The notes: generated by a model not told the origin, from the sequence alone. A stretch of DNA of 64,000 nt from Cyanobacteria bacterium P01_D01_bin.156 (GCA_039024555.1 JBCCQQ010000015.1:39627-103626), one strand, 5' to 3'; counted from the first letter of the stretch, positions 47,641 through 59,132 are shown. A program made the numbers and translations.

Positions 47641-48780
47641 CTACGCGGGTGACAACTGCTTAACTTTCATCACTAAGGAATCCATGAGCTTGTCAAAGGG
47701 TTTGATAAACTTGTCGATGCCTTCGGCCAACAGTTCATCCATGACCTCATCTAGATTGATCCCAACAGCAGGCAATGTTTCAATCACCGTACGGGCCTGA
47801 TCCACATCGGCTTCGATGCGGCTGCTAACGTCGCAGTGATCTGCACAGGCTTCGATGGTATTGGGGGGGAGGGTATTAACGGTATCGGGACCGATCAGCT
47901 CATCCACATACATCACATCGCTGTAAGCAGGATTTTTAGTGCTGGTGCTCGCCCAGAGGAGGCGCTGTACCTTAGCACCCTTTTCCACCAATGCCTGCCA
48001 ACGGTCGCCGTGGATAATCTTTTTATATTCCTGGTAGGCCAGCTTAGCGTTTGAGATCGCGACCTTACCCTTAAGTCCAGAAATCTGATCCCGCTTACTC
48101 TCATCAGCTTCTGCCAGCTGATCCAGCGCATCGTCCACCTTGCTATCAATCCGGCTCAAGAAGAAGCTAGCCACCGATGCCATCGAGCTAATGTCATGGC
48201 CATCGGCTACACGACCTTCTAGGCCACGAATGTAGGCCCAAGCCGTGTCTATATAGCTTTGCACTGAGAACAACAGGGTCACATTGACATTAATGCCATC
48301 ACGAATCGTTTGCTCTACTGCCTTTAGTCCTTCAGGAGTCCCGGGAATCTTAATCATCAGGTTGGAGCGCTGAATGGCGGCCGCGTAACGACGGGCTTCG
48401 GACAATGTGCCTTCAGCATCATGGGCCAAGTTGGGAGGAACTTCCAAACTGACATAGCCATCCAATCCGTTGGAGGACTCGTAAATCGGCTTGAGGACAT
48501 CACAGGCGCGGCGAATATCGTCAAATACCAAAGATTCATAAATTTGGTCTACGGACTGACCCGCACGTACACCCGCTTCAATTTCCTGGTCATAGATCTC
48601 GTTACCTGCGATCGCTTTTTCAAAAATCGCCGGATTAGATGTGATCCCGTGTACATCTCGGCTATCGATCAGCTCTACAAGTTCACCAGATACCAGCAGG
48701 TCACGGCTGAGATTATCCATCCAAACACTTTGACCATGATCCTTGAGATGCAAAATCGGACTGTCATTTACTGTAGTCAT
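47641..48780 (-). CDS. tal: Transaldolase (class with SVWMD/WASTSTK)
   Basis: Motifs GITSNPAIF, MIKIPGT, NVTLLFS, SVASFFLSRID and LLWASTSTKNP. Confidence 0.97.
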   Translation of the reverse strand: MTTVNDSPILHLKDHGQSVWMDNLSRDLLVSGELVELIDSRDVHGITSNPAIFEKAIAGNEIYDQEIEAGVRAGQSVDQIYESLVFDDIRRACDVLKPIYESSNGLDGYVSLEVPPNLAHDAEGTLSEARRYAAAIQRSNLMIKIPGTPEGLKAVEQTIRDGINVNVTLLFSVQSYIDTAWAYIRGLEGRVADGHDISSMASVASFFLSRIDSKVDDALDQLAEADESKRDQISGLKGKVAISNAKLAYQEYKKIIHGDRWQALVEKGAKVQRLLWASTSTKNPAYSDVMYVDELIGPDTVNTLPPNTIEACADHCDVSSRIEADVDQARTVIETLPAVGINLDEVMDELLAEGIDKFIKPFDKLMDSLVMKVKQLSPA

Positions 48781-48964
48781 GGGTGAGTATCCTAATATGT
48801 AACTTGCTGTGTTCTCTTCAAACTAAGAAATAAAAAAGAATAGGCATCTATCTCAGGACAGGGTTATTGTTATCAGCGATCTCCAAAATGATGACGTCTG
48901 CAGCAACCAAATAACGCATCTTGCAGATTACTTATCCTGCAAATCAGCAATAACAACCCCTTTC

Positions 48965-50026
48965 CTACTGCATGGCTGCAAGCTCAGCTTGTCGCTCTCG
49001 AAACCGATCCGTAATAAACGACTCCACTAACGCCACATCTTCCGTACTCCCTAGTATCAAAGGTGTACGCATGTGCAATTGAGTCGGGATCACATCTAAA
49101 ATTTCTTCCCGACCCGTACATGCACGCCCCCCAGCTTGTTCAGCCAAAAAAGCTAGCGGTGCTGACTCGTAAAGTAAACGTAATTTACCCTCCGGATTTT
49201 TCACCGTACCGGGATATAAAAACACCCCTCCCTGGGTCAAAATACGATGAAAATCTCCTACCAAGGCACCACTGTAGCGCGCTGAATATCCTTCATGGCG
49301 ATGCACGTATCGAATATAGTCCCGAATTGAGTCATCCCACTGCCAAAAGTTACCTTCATTTACACTGTAAACAGGGCCGTGTTTGGGTAACCGTATGTTC
49401 TCTTCTGAAAGAATGAACTCTCCCAGACTGGGATCTAAGGTAAATGCATGCACCCCGGTACCTATGGTATATACCAACACCGTACTGGGTCCGTAAAGAA
49501 TATATCCTGCCGCTAACTGTTGACGACCAGCCTGCAGCAGATCCTCCCCTGTCTCATTTTCGTCGTTGCCCACCTGCTGGCGAATAGCAAAGATAGAACC
49601 AACATTCAAATTGATATCTACATTGGACGAACCATCAATGGGATCGTACAGCAATGTATAGCGACCGACAGGACAGTTTTCTGGAATATAGAAGGGTGCT
49701 TCCATCTCCTCAGAAGCGAGACGACACACCAAACCACTTTGCTTAAAAACAGAGATAAAGACGTCATTGGCATAGACGTCCATTTTCTTTACAGATTCAC
49801 CTTGAACATTTTCACGCCCCGTAAAGCCAAGGGCATCTTCTACCAAACCGGCCCGTGAAAGACGTCGAGCAATCAGTTTTCCAGCTAACGCAATCCGAGT
49901 CATTAATGCACTCAAATCCTGGGCATCTGGCCCAAAGCTTTTCAACTGCTGCAAAACGTGACGCGATAGCGTCATGGAATCTCTATCTAACGTAGCCCCA
50001 TGGGATGGTTGATACGTTTCAACCAT
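48965..50026 (-). CDS. fbp: Class 1 fructose-1,6-bisphosphatase
   Basis: Motifs [20 protein letters not shown] and GKLRLLYE. Confidence 0.97.
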   Translation of the reverse strand: MVETYQPSHGATLDRDSMTLSRHVLQQLKSFGPDAQDLSALMTRIALAGKLIARRLSRAGLVEDALGFTGRENVQGESVKKMDVYANDVFISVFKQSGLVCRLASEEMEAPFYIPENCPVGRYTLLYDPIDGSSNVDINLNVGSIFAIRQQVGNDENETGEDLLQAGRQQLAAGYILYGPSTVLVYTIGTGVHAFTLDPSLGEFILSEENIRLPKHGPVYSVNEGNFWQWDDSIRDYIRYVHRHEGYSARYSGALVGDFHRILTQGGVFLYPGTVKNPEGKLRLLYESAPLAFLAEQAGGRACTGREEILDVIPTQLHMRTPLILGSTEDVALVESFITDRFRERQAELAAMQ

Positions 50027-50545
50027 AGAACCTCCATTACCCCTATGACATGAGGTGGGTTTGTGAATAATCCACCTATTGCTTATCCAGAAATAGATTG
50101 AGGGAGTATAAATCCCTAGCTATCGCTAGCCTATTTCTAAATAAATAGATGTATCTAATGCCATGGTAAAAACCCAATCTAAGAAATGAATTAAAGTTTT
50201 AGATCAGTTACAGAAATTCCCAAAAGTCCACAACTAAGCTCGCCACCTAAATAAAAACTGGGCGTTGCTGATTTTCGAAAAAGTTCCGTATAGATTGAAA
50301 TCTGTCAAATCCTGGCTAGTAGAGGTTTGTGAGTCATCTTATTAGCTTCAGCAGGAATGATAAATCCACAAACTCTTACCTAGAACCTCAGCAATTATAC
50401 CGACTTCTTTTTCTTTATATTATGTCCTAAAAAACCGTGCCTTTTGGGTTCCGTTTTCCTTCAGATTCCGGTGTGATTGTAAAGGGCAACGTGTAATTGT
50501 TGCTACTCCCATGAGTAAGTCACTAACCTCAATCAATATGAAACT

Positions 50546-53500
50546 ATGCGGATTCTGGGGCATTTAGGCCATCAACAGCAACTTAATCGCTATATTGTGC
50601 TTGCAGCAACCTGGCTCGGCACGTTTGGTCTTTCTCCCGCATGGTGCCAAATAATCCCCATAGGCAATAGCACCATTACTGGCGGCTCGACTATTCAAAT
50701 ACAAGGTGGCGCGTCATCTGCTGATGGGGCCAATCTCTTTCACCAATTCGAATCTTTTAATATTAATGCCTCAGAAACCGTTACCTTTATTGCCCCAGAC
50801 GCAGTTGACAATATTTTGGGACGTGTCAGGGGCGGCTATGCATCGATTATTGATGGTCATTTAGGGGTATCCAACGATGCCAATCTTTGGTTAATTAATC
50901 CAGCCGGTATTTTATTTGGTAGAAATGCCCAATTAAATTTAGCAGGAGATTTTACTGCAGCCACGGCAGATGCCATCGGATTTGCCCAGGGATGGTTTAA
51001 TGACGACGCCAATTATCAAACTCTTGTAGGTACTCCCTATAATTTTGCGTTTATTACTGACCCTGCTTATCTGGTTAATTTAGGTGATCTCCAGGTTGCA
51101 TCCGGCCAGAATCTACAACTTTTAGGGGGACACGTGATTAATGCTGGCACTCTTTCAGCTCCATCAGGAAGCATTACAGTGTCAGCCGTCGCCAACAGCA
51201 ACCGAGTTAACCTCAGTCAAACAGGTCAGGTTCTCTCCTTAGACCTTGCCCCTGTCACAGATGGGCTCACTAGTGACATTACACCGCTCGATTTACCTGA
51301 GCTATTAACAGGATACAGTGGTGAACAGGCAGATACTCTCTCCGTTAATGCTGATGGCACTATTCAACTAGGTCAAGCAACCAACCTTACTGTAAAAGCT
51401 GGTGACACTCTAATTTCAGGTACCCTCAAAGCTTCTGGAGATGAGGGTGGCCAGGTATCTATTTTGGGTGATCGGTTGATCCTTATGGATGCAAGCGTTC
51501 AAGCAAATGGCATTAATCAGGGTGGCCAAATTTATATTGGTGGAAATTATCAAGGGAACGGTCCACTCTCCAACGCACAACAAACTTTTGTTAGTCAAGG
51601 AACAGAATTAAATGCGAGTGCCCTAGACCAGGGAGATGGTGGCACCATTATTGTTTGGGCAGATGAAAGTACATCGTTTCATGGTACGGCCACCTCACAA
51701 GGAGGTCATATCAGTGGAGATGGGGGATTTATTGAAATCTCAGGGAAGTCTGCCCTTGAGTTTACTGGTGAGTTTGATGTCAGTGCCGCTGATGGAGAGT
51801 TTGGTACTGTCCTATTTGATCCAAAAAATATTGAAATTGTTGACGGTGCTGGCAACAGTAATGGAGATGCAGAATTCAATGCCCCTGTTGGCGGCACTCT
51901 AAATGCTTTAGTCAATGAGGACACCTGGTTTACCATTCATGAAGAGACCCTAGAATCCTGGACTGGCAACGTTATTCTCCAAGCTCATCACGACATTATT
52001 ATTCGTAATTTAGGTGGTGACAACACCCTAGCTTTCGAAGCAGGTACAGGCTCTATTGAGTTTGTTGCAAATGCAGATAATGTTGGCGGGGGATCGTTTC
52101 GGGTAGAGCATGCAGGAGACCAAATCACGACAGCTGGTAGAGACATCAGCATCTCTGGCAACAACATTATATTATATACCCTCGATACTAGCCATAATGC
52201 GGGTGGGGCAGCAGGTGATATCACCTTGTCTGCGCCCAACTATATCAACATTAGAGAATCGTTGGTAGGTAACAATATATCTATTACTAGTAATGGTATT
52301 GACTTTGATGGCGGCAATAATACAGTTCGAGGTAACACTTTATCAATTGCACCGGATGATCCAAGTCTAGATATTTCTCTCGGTGCTGCGACAGATACAT
52401 CGGGTGCTTTAGATATCCTCCAAAATGACATTCTAAGTCTTCAAAACGGATTCACCAGTATTTCTATTGGTAGAATCGGTGACACAGGCACAATCACCCT
52501 CGATAGCTCTGTAACGGATGGCGGTGCCAACCCTTTTCAAGATCCCGTCCAAATTGTTGAAGCACGTACATTAAAGCTTTCGGACCAAGCCATTACGTGG
52601 ACAATTACGGATAATAAGCAAGGAAACCTTAATAGTCACTTTTCCAATGGCCTTAGCTTTGAGAATATTGACTCTATAGTTGGTCACGCTACGCTAAATG
52701 GCACACTGCAGGGAGCTGCAGGAAATGATGTCGTTAATATTACTGGCACAAATGCTGGAACATTTAATGGGATCACCTTTGCCAATATTGCAAACCTTGA
52801 AGGAGCGGGTGGAGACGATCAGTTTATTTTTGGCAACAGCGCTGCTATTACGGGCACTCTTGATGGCGGAAGTGGTAGCAACACCCTAGACTATGGAGCT
52901 TATATTACCGATGTAGCTATTGACCTAGAAGCCAACACAGCTCCAGGCACAGGGGGAATCAGTAATATTCAAACTTTCATTGGTGGCAGTGGCACTAATA
53001 CCATTCAGGGTACCAACAACAATGACACCATAACACTGACAGGTGCTAACACAGGTTCTATTAACAGTGTTGATTTTCAGGGATTTGAAACTGTTATTGC
53101 TGGTGACGGAGATGACAGTTTTCTAGTCAATGGTGGCACCTGGACTCAATTAGATGGCGGTACAGGAAACAATACTCTGGACTATAGCAGTAGCACCTTG
53201 CTCAGCAGCGGTACTAATAATATTTGGAACTTAACTGGTGTCGATACCGGCAACGGCCCTGGAGTCAATAACTTTGAAAATGTCCAAAATCTAAAAACTG
53301 GTAATCAGTCCGATCAGATAAACTATCTGACTAGTGGAGCTCTTATTAGTGGTGAGTTAGACGGTGGTGATGGTGCGCTAACATTAGTTGGAGATAACTT
53401 AGCTATTGGTGATGCTCTGCAAGGCACCGGGCAGCTCATTATCCAACCCGACTCCCTTGATAGAGATATACATCTTGGAGGCTCAGCCGCACTATCGGCT

Positions 53501-56500
53501 TTAGGTATTTCAACAACAGAGCTGTCTAACATTTCTGCAGACTTTACAGACATGATTATTGGCCATCCAAACGGCACACATACAGTTTCCTTAAGATCGG
53601 ATGTCACATCTCCAGTACCAATCACTATTCGGGCTCCCAGTGGAGATGGGCGTATCAGCAGTGGTGGACATAATTTGGAAGCACCCAAGATAACTTTGTC
53701 CGCTGCACAAGGTATTTCTATCACTAAACTAACGGCGACCAACGAGGTTCTTCTGCAAAGTAGCAACGGTTCTATCGGCATAATAATAACACTCGTTAGC
53801 CCAACCGCCCCTTTGCCAGAAGTTGGGATAGAGGCTTCCCAGATCAATCTGGCTGCTGCACAAAACATTACTACGGGTTATCTGACAGCCATCAACGATG
53901 TAACTTTAGAAAGTAATAATGGTGCTATCAACACTGAAAGCGTGAACGGCTCTAGCATTGATTTATCCGCTGCACAAAACATTAATACAGGCGATTTGAC
54001 AGCCACCAATGGTGCAACTCTAGAAAGTCGTAATACTTCTGTCGTCACCCAAGACATAAACGCATCTGATATTAACCTGTCTGCGGCACAAGACATTAAT
54101 GCCAACAGCCTAACAGCCACTAACAGCGCTATCCTGGTTAGCAACAATGGCGTCATCACTACCCAGACTGTCGATGCGTCTGAAATCGACTTCTCTGCTA
54201 GCCAAAATATTGTTATTAATGGTACCATAACAGCTGACAATGGTACGACCTTAGAAAGTCGCAATGCTTCTGTTATCACCCAAGATATTGATGCAGTTGA
54301 TATTACCCTATCTGCTGCCCAAAATGTTGGCACTGGAAACCTGATAACTACTAACAATACTGAATTGACAAGTACCAATGGTGTTATCACAACTCAGGCT
54401 GTGACCGCCTCTAAAGTTGACTTTCTTGCTGACCAGAATATTGTTGTCAATGACAGCATAACAGCTACCAATGGTACGACCTTAGAGAGTCGTAATGCTT
54501 CTATCATTACTCAAGATATCACTGCAACTGATATCAGTCTGTCTGCTACACAAGATATTGGCACTGGAAATCTAATAGTTACTAACAATACTGAATTGAC
54601 AAGTACCAATGGTGTTATCACAACTCAAGCAGTAGACGCTTCTGGCGTTGACTTTTCTGCCGACCAAAATATTGTTGTTACTGACACCCTCACAGTCAGC
54701 GGTGACATTATCCTGCAAAGCAATAATGCATCTGTCACAACTCAGACGATAGATGCATCTAATATTGACTTGTTCGCCGCCCAAAATGTTGTCACCAATG
54801 ATCTTACAGCCGCTGATAGCGTCACTTTAGAAAGTACCAACGGCGTTATCACAACTCAGGCAATTGCAGCATCTGATATTAGTCTGTCTACACCACAAAA
54901 TATTACTACTACTAACCTTGCAGCTAGCAATGATGTGATTCTGCAAAGTGATAACGGCTCTATTAACACCCAAGGAGTTAATGCCAGTCAAATCCTCCTG
55001 TCCGCTGCTCAAAATATTTCCACCACTGACCTCACAGCAGTTAATGGTGTTACTTTAGAAAGTGATCAGAGTATCAATGTTGATGACATTACCACTAGCA
55101 ACACATTCAATGGTGGCGATGTTGATGTTACTGCCGGAACAACGATCACGACAGAACGAATTGATACGACGTCTTTAGCTGGTGCCGGAGGAGATGTCAC
55201 CCTGAATGCTCCTGATGCCATCCAGGTAGACTCCATTCGTGCTGAAGGGGGTACGAATGGAGGTAATGTTGACATTACGACTGAGTCCTTTACGGCAACA
55301 GATAGTTTTACAAACTTAAACGGCAATACCGCCAGCATCTCCACGGCGGCGACTAACGGGACAGGTTCCATTACTATTCGTCATGGCGGTAATGGTTCTA
55401 CCGCCTTTGATGTCGGCAATAGTAGTGTGTTAGGAACCGATAGCGCCATCACTAGCGGGACATTTCAGATTAATCCCAATAGTTCATTTTTCAACAGCTA
55501 CATCCTCGGAAACATCGCCATCCTTACCCAAGATTTATTGAGTAGTCTAACTATCGGCCTCCCATCTCTTCCGAATTCACCGTCACTCGGTAATAGCTTG
55601 CCCTCCCCTCCAATCATTAGGGAGGGGCTTAACCCCTTGGATAATGCCAAGGCATCTTTAGAGGCTGAGGATTATAACAGTGCTTTATTTGAGCGCTTGG
55701 AAATGTCATATTCTGAGCAATTTAAATCCCACTTAAATTTGTACGAGCGGGTGAGTGTATCACCGACAAGTCTAGAATCGGCTAAACAAACCCTAAATAA
55801 TGTGGAGCAGGTGCTTGGCATTAAGCCAGGTGTGGTCTACGTATACTTTTTACCATCTGAAAGTAAGCATACGGCTTTGCCAGACCCCAATGCTACTAAC
55901 CCTAATGACGAGTTAGGACTATTGTTGTTAACCAGCAATGGTCAAACGATTCGAAAAAAGGTGGAAGGGGTCACCCGAGCAGATGTAATGGCAAGCGCTG
56001 AAGATTTCTTTGCTCAAATCACCAACTCCATGTCTGCATCATCTCAATATTTGCCTCCAGCTCAGCAGCTCTACAGCTGGTTTATTGCACCTATTGAGAA
56101 TGAGCTACAGGAACAACAGATTCAAAGCTTGGCAATGGTCATGGATACAGGACTAAGGACCTTACCTGTAGCGGCTCTCCACAATGGAGATGAGTTTTTA
56201 ATAGAACGCTACAGCCTAGGGGTAATTCCCAGCTTTAGTTTGACTGATTTTAATCCTCAAAATTTTCTCTACAAACATTTAGACAATACTCAGCTATTAG
56301 CTATGGGGGCTTCCCAGTTTCCATCCCAGCAACCACTGCCTGCAGTTCCTGATGAATTGGATATTGTTACCGAAGCATTTCCCAATAGTGAAGTCTTTCT
56401 AAACGATAAATTTACCCTTGATAACCTCAAGAGTCAGGTTGCCAATAACAACTTTGGAATTGTTCATTTAGCCAGTCATGGCGTATTTGAACCGGGGCAA

Positions 56501-56956
56501 CCGCGTAACTCTTACATTCAGCTGTGGGACCAGCCGCTCCAACTCGATCAAGTGCACACCCTAGGACTACAGAAAGCGGATATTGCCCTGCTAGTTCTAA
56601 GTGCCTGTAATACGGCGTTGGGCGATCGTGAAGCTGAATATGGCTTTGCTGGACTGGCTGTCAATGCAGGAGTACAAACATCCGTTGCCAGTCTTTGGCC
56701 CATCAGCGATGAAGGAACTTTGGGGCTGATGACTTACTTTTATGACCGATTGCAGGATCACACAGTACGAGCTACAGCCCTGCGTCAGGCACAGCTAGCT
56801 ATGCTGACTGGAGATTTACATTTTTCAGATGGGACTCTGTACGGTTTAGACGAACAAACGTTAGCCCATTTCCCTGAATTGGAATACCACGGGCGTTGGG
56901 ATTTTCAACATCCGTTTTATTGGTCTACTTATACCTTGGTGGGTAGTCCCTGGTAA
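50546..56956 (+). CDS. TPS/haemagglutinin beta-helix protein fused to a C-terminal CHAT domain
   Basis: NLFHQFESFN and LWLINPAGILFG (TPS), GGFIEISGK and a repeat stalk, then IVHLASHG, LLVLSACNT and HPFYWSTYTLVGSPW (CHAT). Confidence 0.92.
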   Translation: MRILGHLGHQQQLNRYIVLAATWLGTFGLSPAWCQIIPIGNSTITGGSTIQIQGGASSADGANLFHQFESFNINASETVTFIAPDAVDNILGRVRGGYASIIDGHLGVSNDANLWLINPAGILFGRNAQLNLAGDFTAATADAIGFAQGWFNDDANYQTLVGTPYNFAFITDPAYLVNLGDLQVASGQNLQLLGGHVINAGTLSAPSGSITVSAVANSNRVNLSQTGQVLSLDLAPVTDGLTSDITPLDLPELLTGYSGEQADTLSVNADGTIQLGQATNLTVKAGDTLISGTLKASGDEGGQVSILGDRLILMDASVQANGINQGGQIYIGGNYQGNGPLSNAQQTFVSQGTELNASALDQGDGGTIIVWADESTSFHGTATSQGGHISGDGGFIEISGKSALEFTGEFDVSAADGEFGTVLFDPKNIEIVDGAGNSNGDAEFNAPVGGTLNALVNEDTWFTIHEETLESWTGNVILQAHHDIIIRNLGGDNTLAFEAGTGSIEFVANADNVGGGSFRVEHAGDQITTAGRDISISGNNIILYTLDTSHNAGGAAGDITLSAPNYINIRESLVGNNISITSNGIDFDGGNNTVRGNTLSIAPDDPSLDISLGAATDTSGALDILQNDILSLQNGFTSISIGRIGDTGTITLDSSVTDGGANPFQDPVQIVEARTLKLSDQAITWTITDNKQGNLNSHFSNGLSFENIDSIVGHATLNGTLQGAAGNDVVNITGTNAGTFNGITFANIANLEGAGGDDQFIFGNSAAITGTLDGGSGSNTLDYGAYITDVAIDLEANTAPGTGGISNIQTFIGGSGTNTIQGTNNNDTITLTGANTGSINSVDFQGFETVIAGDGDDSFLVNGGTWTQLDGGTGNNTLDYSSSTLLSSGTNNIWNLTGVDTGNGPGVNNFENVQNLKTGNQSDQINYLTSGALISGELDGGDGALTLVGDNLAIGDALQGTGQLIIQPDSLDRDIHLGGSAALSALGISTTELSNISADFTDMIIGHPNGTHTVSLRSDVTSPVPITIRAPSGDGRISSGGHNLEAPKITLSAAQGISITKLTATNEVLLQSSNGSIGIIITLVSPTAPLPEVGIEASQINLAAAQNITTGYLTAINDVTLESNNGAINTESVNGSSIDLSAAQNINTGDLTATNGATLESRNTSVVTQDINASDINLSAAQDINANSLTATNSAILVSNNGVITTQTVDASEIDFSASQNIVINGTITADNGTTLESRNASVITQDIDAVDITLSAAQNVGTGNLITTNNTELTSTNGVITTQAVTASKVDFLADQNIVVNDSITATNGTTLESRNASIITQDITATDISLSATQDIGTGNLIVTNNTELTSTNGVITTQAVDASGVDFSADQNIVVTDTLTVSGDIILQSNNASVTTQTIDASNIDLFAAQNVVTNDLTAADSVTLESTNGVITTQAIAASDISLSTPQNITTTNLAASNDVILQSDNGSINTQGVNASQILLSAAQNISTTDLTAVNGVTLESDQSINVDDITTSNTFNGGDVDVTAGTTITTERIDTTSLAGAGGDVTLNAPDAIQVDSIRAEGGTNGGNVDITTESFTATDSFTNLNGNTASISTAATNGTGSITIRHGGNGSTAFDVGNSSVLGTDSAITSGTFQINPNSSFFNSYILGNIAILTQDLLSSLTIGLPSLPNSPSLGNSLPSPPIIREGLNPLDNAKASLEAEDYNSALFERLEMSYSEQFKSHLNLYERVSVSPTSLESAKQTLNNVEQVLGIKPGVVYVYFLPSESKHTALPDPNATNPNDELGLLLLTSNGQTIRKKVEGVTRADVMASAEDFFAQITNSMSASSQYLPPAQQLYSWFIAPIENELQEQQIQSLAMVMDTGLRTLPVAALHNGDEFLIERYSLGVIPSFSLTDFNPQNFLYKHLDNTQLLAMGASQFPSQQPLPAVPDELDIVTEAFPNSEVFLNDKFTLDNLKSQVANNNFGIVHLASHGVFEPGQPRNSYIQLWDQPLQLDQVHTLGLQKADIALLVLSACNTALGDREAEYGFAGLAVNAGVQTSVASLWPISDEGTLGLMTYFYDRLQDHTVRATALRQAQLAMLTGDLHFSDGTLYGLDEQTLAHFPELEYHGRWDFQHPFYWSTYTLVGSPW
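53681..55095 (+). repeat. Intragenic array of about 12 repeats of 38-39 aa
   Basis: Unit resembles ASxIxLSAAQNIxTxxLTAxNxVxLxSxNGxIxTQxI. An identical 47-nt stretch occurs at 54350 and 54581 (period 231 nt). Confidence 0.85.
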
Positions 56957-57061
56957 TCCTTGAGTTGGCTGACTCAATATTCTCTTGACTGAGAATGGTA
57001 AAGTTGCCACTAATCGGCGAACACGTAAAAATATGAATAGAAATGCAATGCTCAACACACT

Positions 57062-58300
57062 TTGAACACTTCTACCGCTGACTACCTAAACACAATCTCT
57101 TCCCGAACAGTGACCCACACTGACGTTGCCATTGTGGGAGCTGGTGTAGTGGGCTTAACGCTAGCCTGTGCCTTGCGCCACAGTGGCCTGTCGGTGGTCC
57201 TTATTGAAGCCCAAAGTCAGGCTAAAACAGCTGCACGCGATCGCGCCTATGCATTCTCCCCAATGTCGGCTCGCATTTTTCAGCAACTGGGTTTGTGGGA
57301 CCAAGTAGGGCCGTATATTACCCATTTTCAGCGGGTGTGTATGTCCGATGGCGGCTACAGCAAATCCGTAAATTTTTACCCTCCAGATAGCCCGGACGAT
57401 GCCGTTTACTACGGAGCTGAACACAGGGTGCTAATCAAGGCTCTCCAGGGACTAGCGGCTCACGTCCCCAGCATCACTACCCGATACGAAACATCCCTAG
57501 TAGATATTCAGGAGCATGCCAATGCAGTGGAGCTGACCTTAGAACACCAAGGTCAGCTCCAGGGACTGCACACCCAGCTATTGGTGGGAGCCGACGGTGC
57601 CCGTTCTCGCATTCGTGACTATGCCGGCATCGGCACTACCGGTTGGGCCTACTGGCAATCATGTATCACAACCGTTTTAGCTCCAGCAAAGTCCCACCAA
57701 AATACCGCTTACGAAAAGTTTTGGCCTAGTGGTCCATTTGCAATTTTGCCCATCCCCGGCAATCGATGCCAGGTGGTGTGGACAGCTCCCCATGATGAAG
57801 CAAAAGCCATAGCGGCACTGCCTGAGCAAGAGTTTATGGAAGAACTGCAGCGGCGCTATGGAAACGTCATGGGTGAGCTAAAAATGCTGAAGCCACCCAT
57901 GACGTTTCCAGTACGGCTCATGCAAAGCCATCGCTACGTGCAACAGCGTATCGCCCTAGTGGGAGATGCCGCCCACTGCTGTCATCCCGTAGGCGGGCAG
58001 GGCTTAAATATGGGTATCCGTGATGCGGCCGCCCTGGCCAAAATATTGCAAATGGCCCATAACCGTCATGAATCAATTGGCAGTATTCGCGTTTTACGAC
58101 GGTATGAACGCTGGCGTCGCACTGAGAATTGGCTAATTCTGGCGATGACTGATTTATTGAATCGGGTCTTTTCCAATCAGTTTTTGCCACTATTATGGCT
58201 GCGTCGGACTGGATTTTGGGTAATTGAACACACAGTCCCACTAAAGCGCATGATATTGCGAGTAATGACCGGATTCTTTGGCAGACAGCCAATTAGATAG
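57062..58300 (+). CDS. UbiH/UbiF/VisC-family FAD-dependent hydroxylase
   Basis: Motifs IVGAGVVG, LLVGADGARS and LVGDAAHCCHPVGGQGLNMG. TTG start. Confidence 0.93.
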   Translation: MNTSTADYLNTISSRTVTHTDVAIVGAGVVGLTLACALRHSGLSVVLIEAQSQAKTAARDRAYAFSPMSARIFQQLGLWDQVGPYITHFQRVCMSDGGYSKSVNFYPPDSPDDAVYYGAEHRVLIKALQGLAAHVPSITTRYETSLVDIQEHANAVELTLEHQGQLQGLHTQLLVGADGARSRIRDYAGIGTTGWAYWQSCITTVLAPAKSHQNTAYEKFWPSGPFAILPIPGNRCQVVWTAPHDEAKAIAALPEQEFMEELQRRYGNVMGELKMLKPPMTFPVRLMQSHRYVQQRIALVGDAAHCCHPVGGQGLNMGIRDAAALAKILQMAHNRHESIGSIRVLRRYERWRRTENWLILAMTDLLNRVFSNQFLPLLWLRRTGFWVIEHTVPLKRMILRVMTGFFGRQPIR

Positions 58301-58817
58301 CAGTGGCTTAGGTAGATTTGCCCCTGATGGGGTTACCGATCGAGGTAACGTGTTGATAAAGCCTCGAAGAAAAATCTCTCAACGTACGCCAAGTTATCTT
58401 TTATTTCACTCAATACTTACCATTGCTGATTTGAGGGATGAGTCAGTGTTGTTCGTTAATTCATACAACACAATTTTTTGTTCCTATAATTCCTCGGAAT
58501 TCTTTATCTTCAAGGTTTTTTCACGATTAATTGACGGATTGCACATATCTTATGTGATCAATGAAATACAGAGTCAGGTATCAAATCACAACCGTGGCGC
58601 TGGAGATTGAATAAATTTGAAAGGTAAGGTTGTCAACACTTTCAGAAGCCGCGTGTCGATTTGGCATGACTGGCGTCAACTCCATTGCTTCACTGATGGA
58701 ATTCATTTACTCACTGGCAGATCTTAGTTTGAAAACGTTGGTTGACCGTTACGTTTTCTTGTAAGATTTCCATCTTCCTGAGTCACACTTATCCCTTACG
58801 TGGAGGGGGAAAATATC

Positions 58818-59096
58818 ATGCAGTCAGCTGCAGCTGTTTTACCAGAAACAAAACTCTCATCTAGCACAAATACCTCCAAACGCCTGAAATTAAAACGTAT
58901 TGGGATGAGACACTGGCAGCGGCTTATGCGAGTCGGAGTACCTCAACAGGAGGCTAAGGCCTTAGCTGTTGCCTTGGTTCGTTACAGTTATTTACACTGT
59001 CAGCCTTCATTCAAAGAGAAACGTCTTATCGGACGTTACTGTCAGCATCTATGTGCCGTGGGGCTTTGGCGTTTAGAGCTGTTGTTAGGAGCTTAA
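58818..59096 (+). CDS. Small basic hypothetical protein
   Basis: GGAGGG RBS before ATG 58818, with a terminator-like hairpin right after the stop. Confidence 0.65.
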   Translation: MQSAAAVLPETKLSSSTNTSKRLKLKRIGMRHWQRLMRVGVPQQEAKALAVALVRYSYLHCQPSFKEKRLIGRYCQHLCAVGLWRLELLLGA

Positions 59097-59104
59097 AATT
59101 ACGA

Positions 59105-59132
59105 CAACCTGCTGAATAAACTCAGCAGGTTG
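59105..59132. terminator. Hairpin between convergent genes
   Basis: CAACCTGCTGA-ataaac-TCAGCAGGTTG forms a perfect 11-bp stem. Confidence 0.65.

Noticed and set aside
58300..58350. GGGGTTACCGAT resembling the 3' end of a c-di-GMP-I riboswitch
   Set aside because: The upstream GGCAAA...GAAA...GACGCAAA core is absent.
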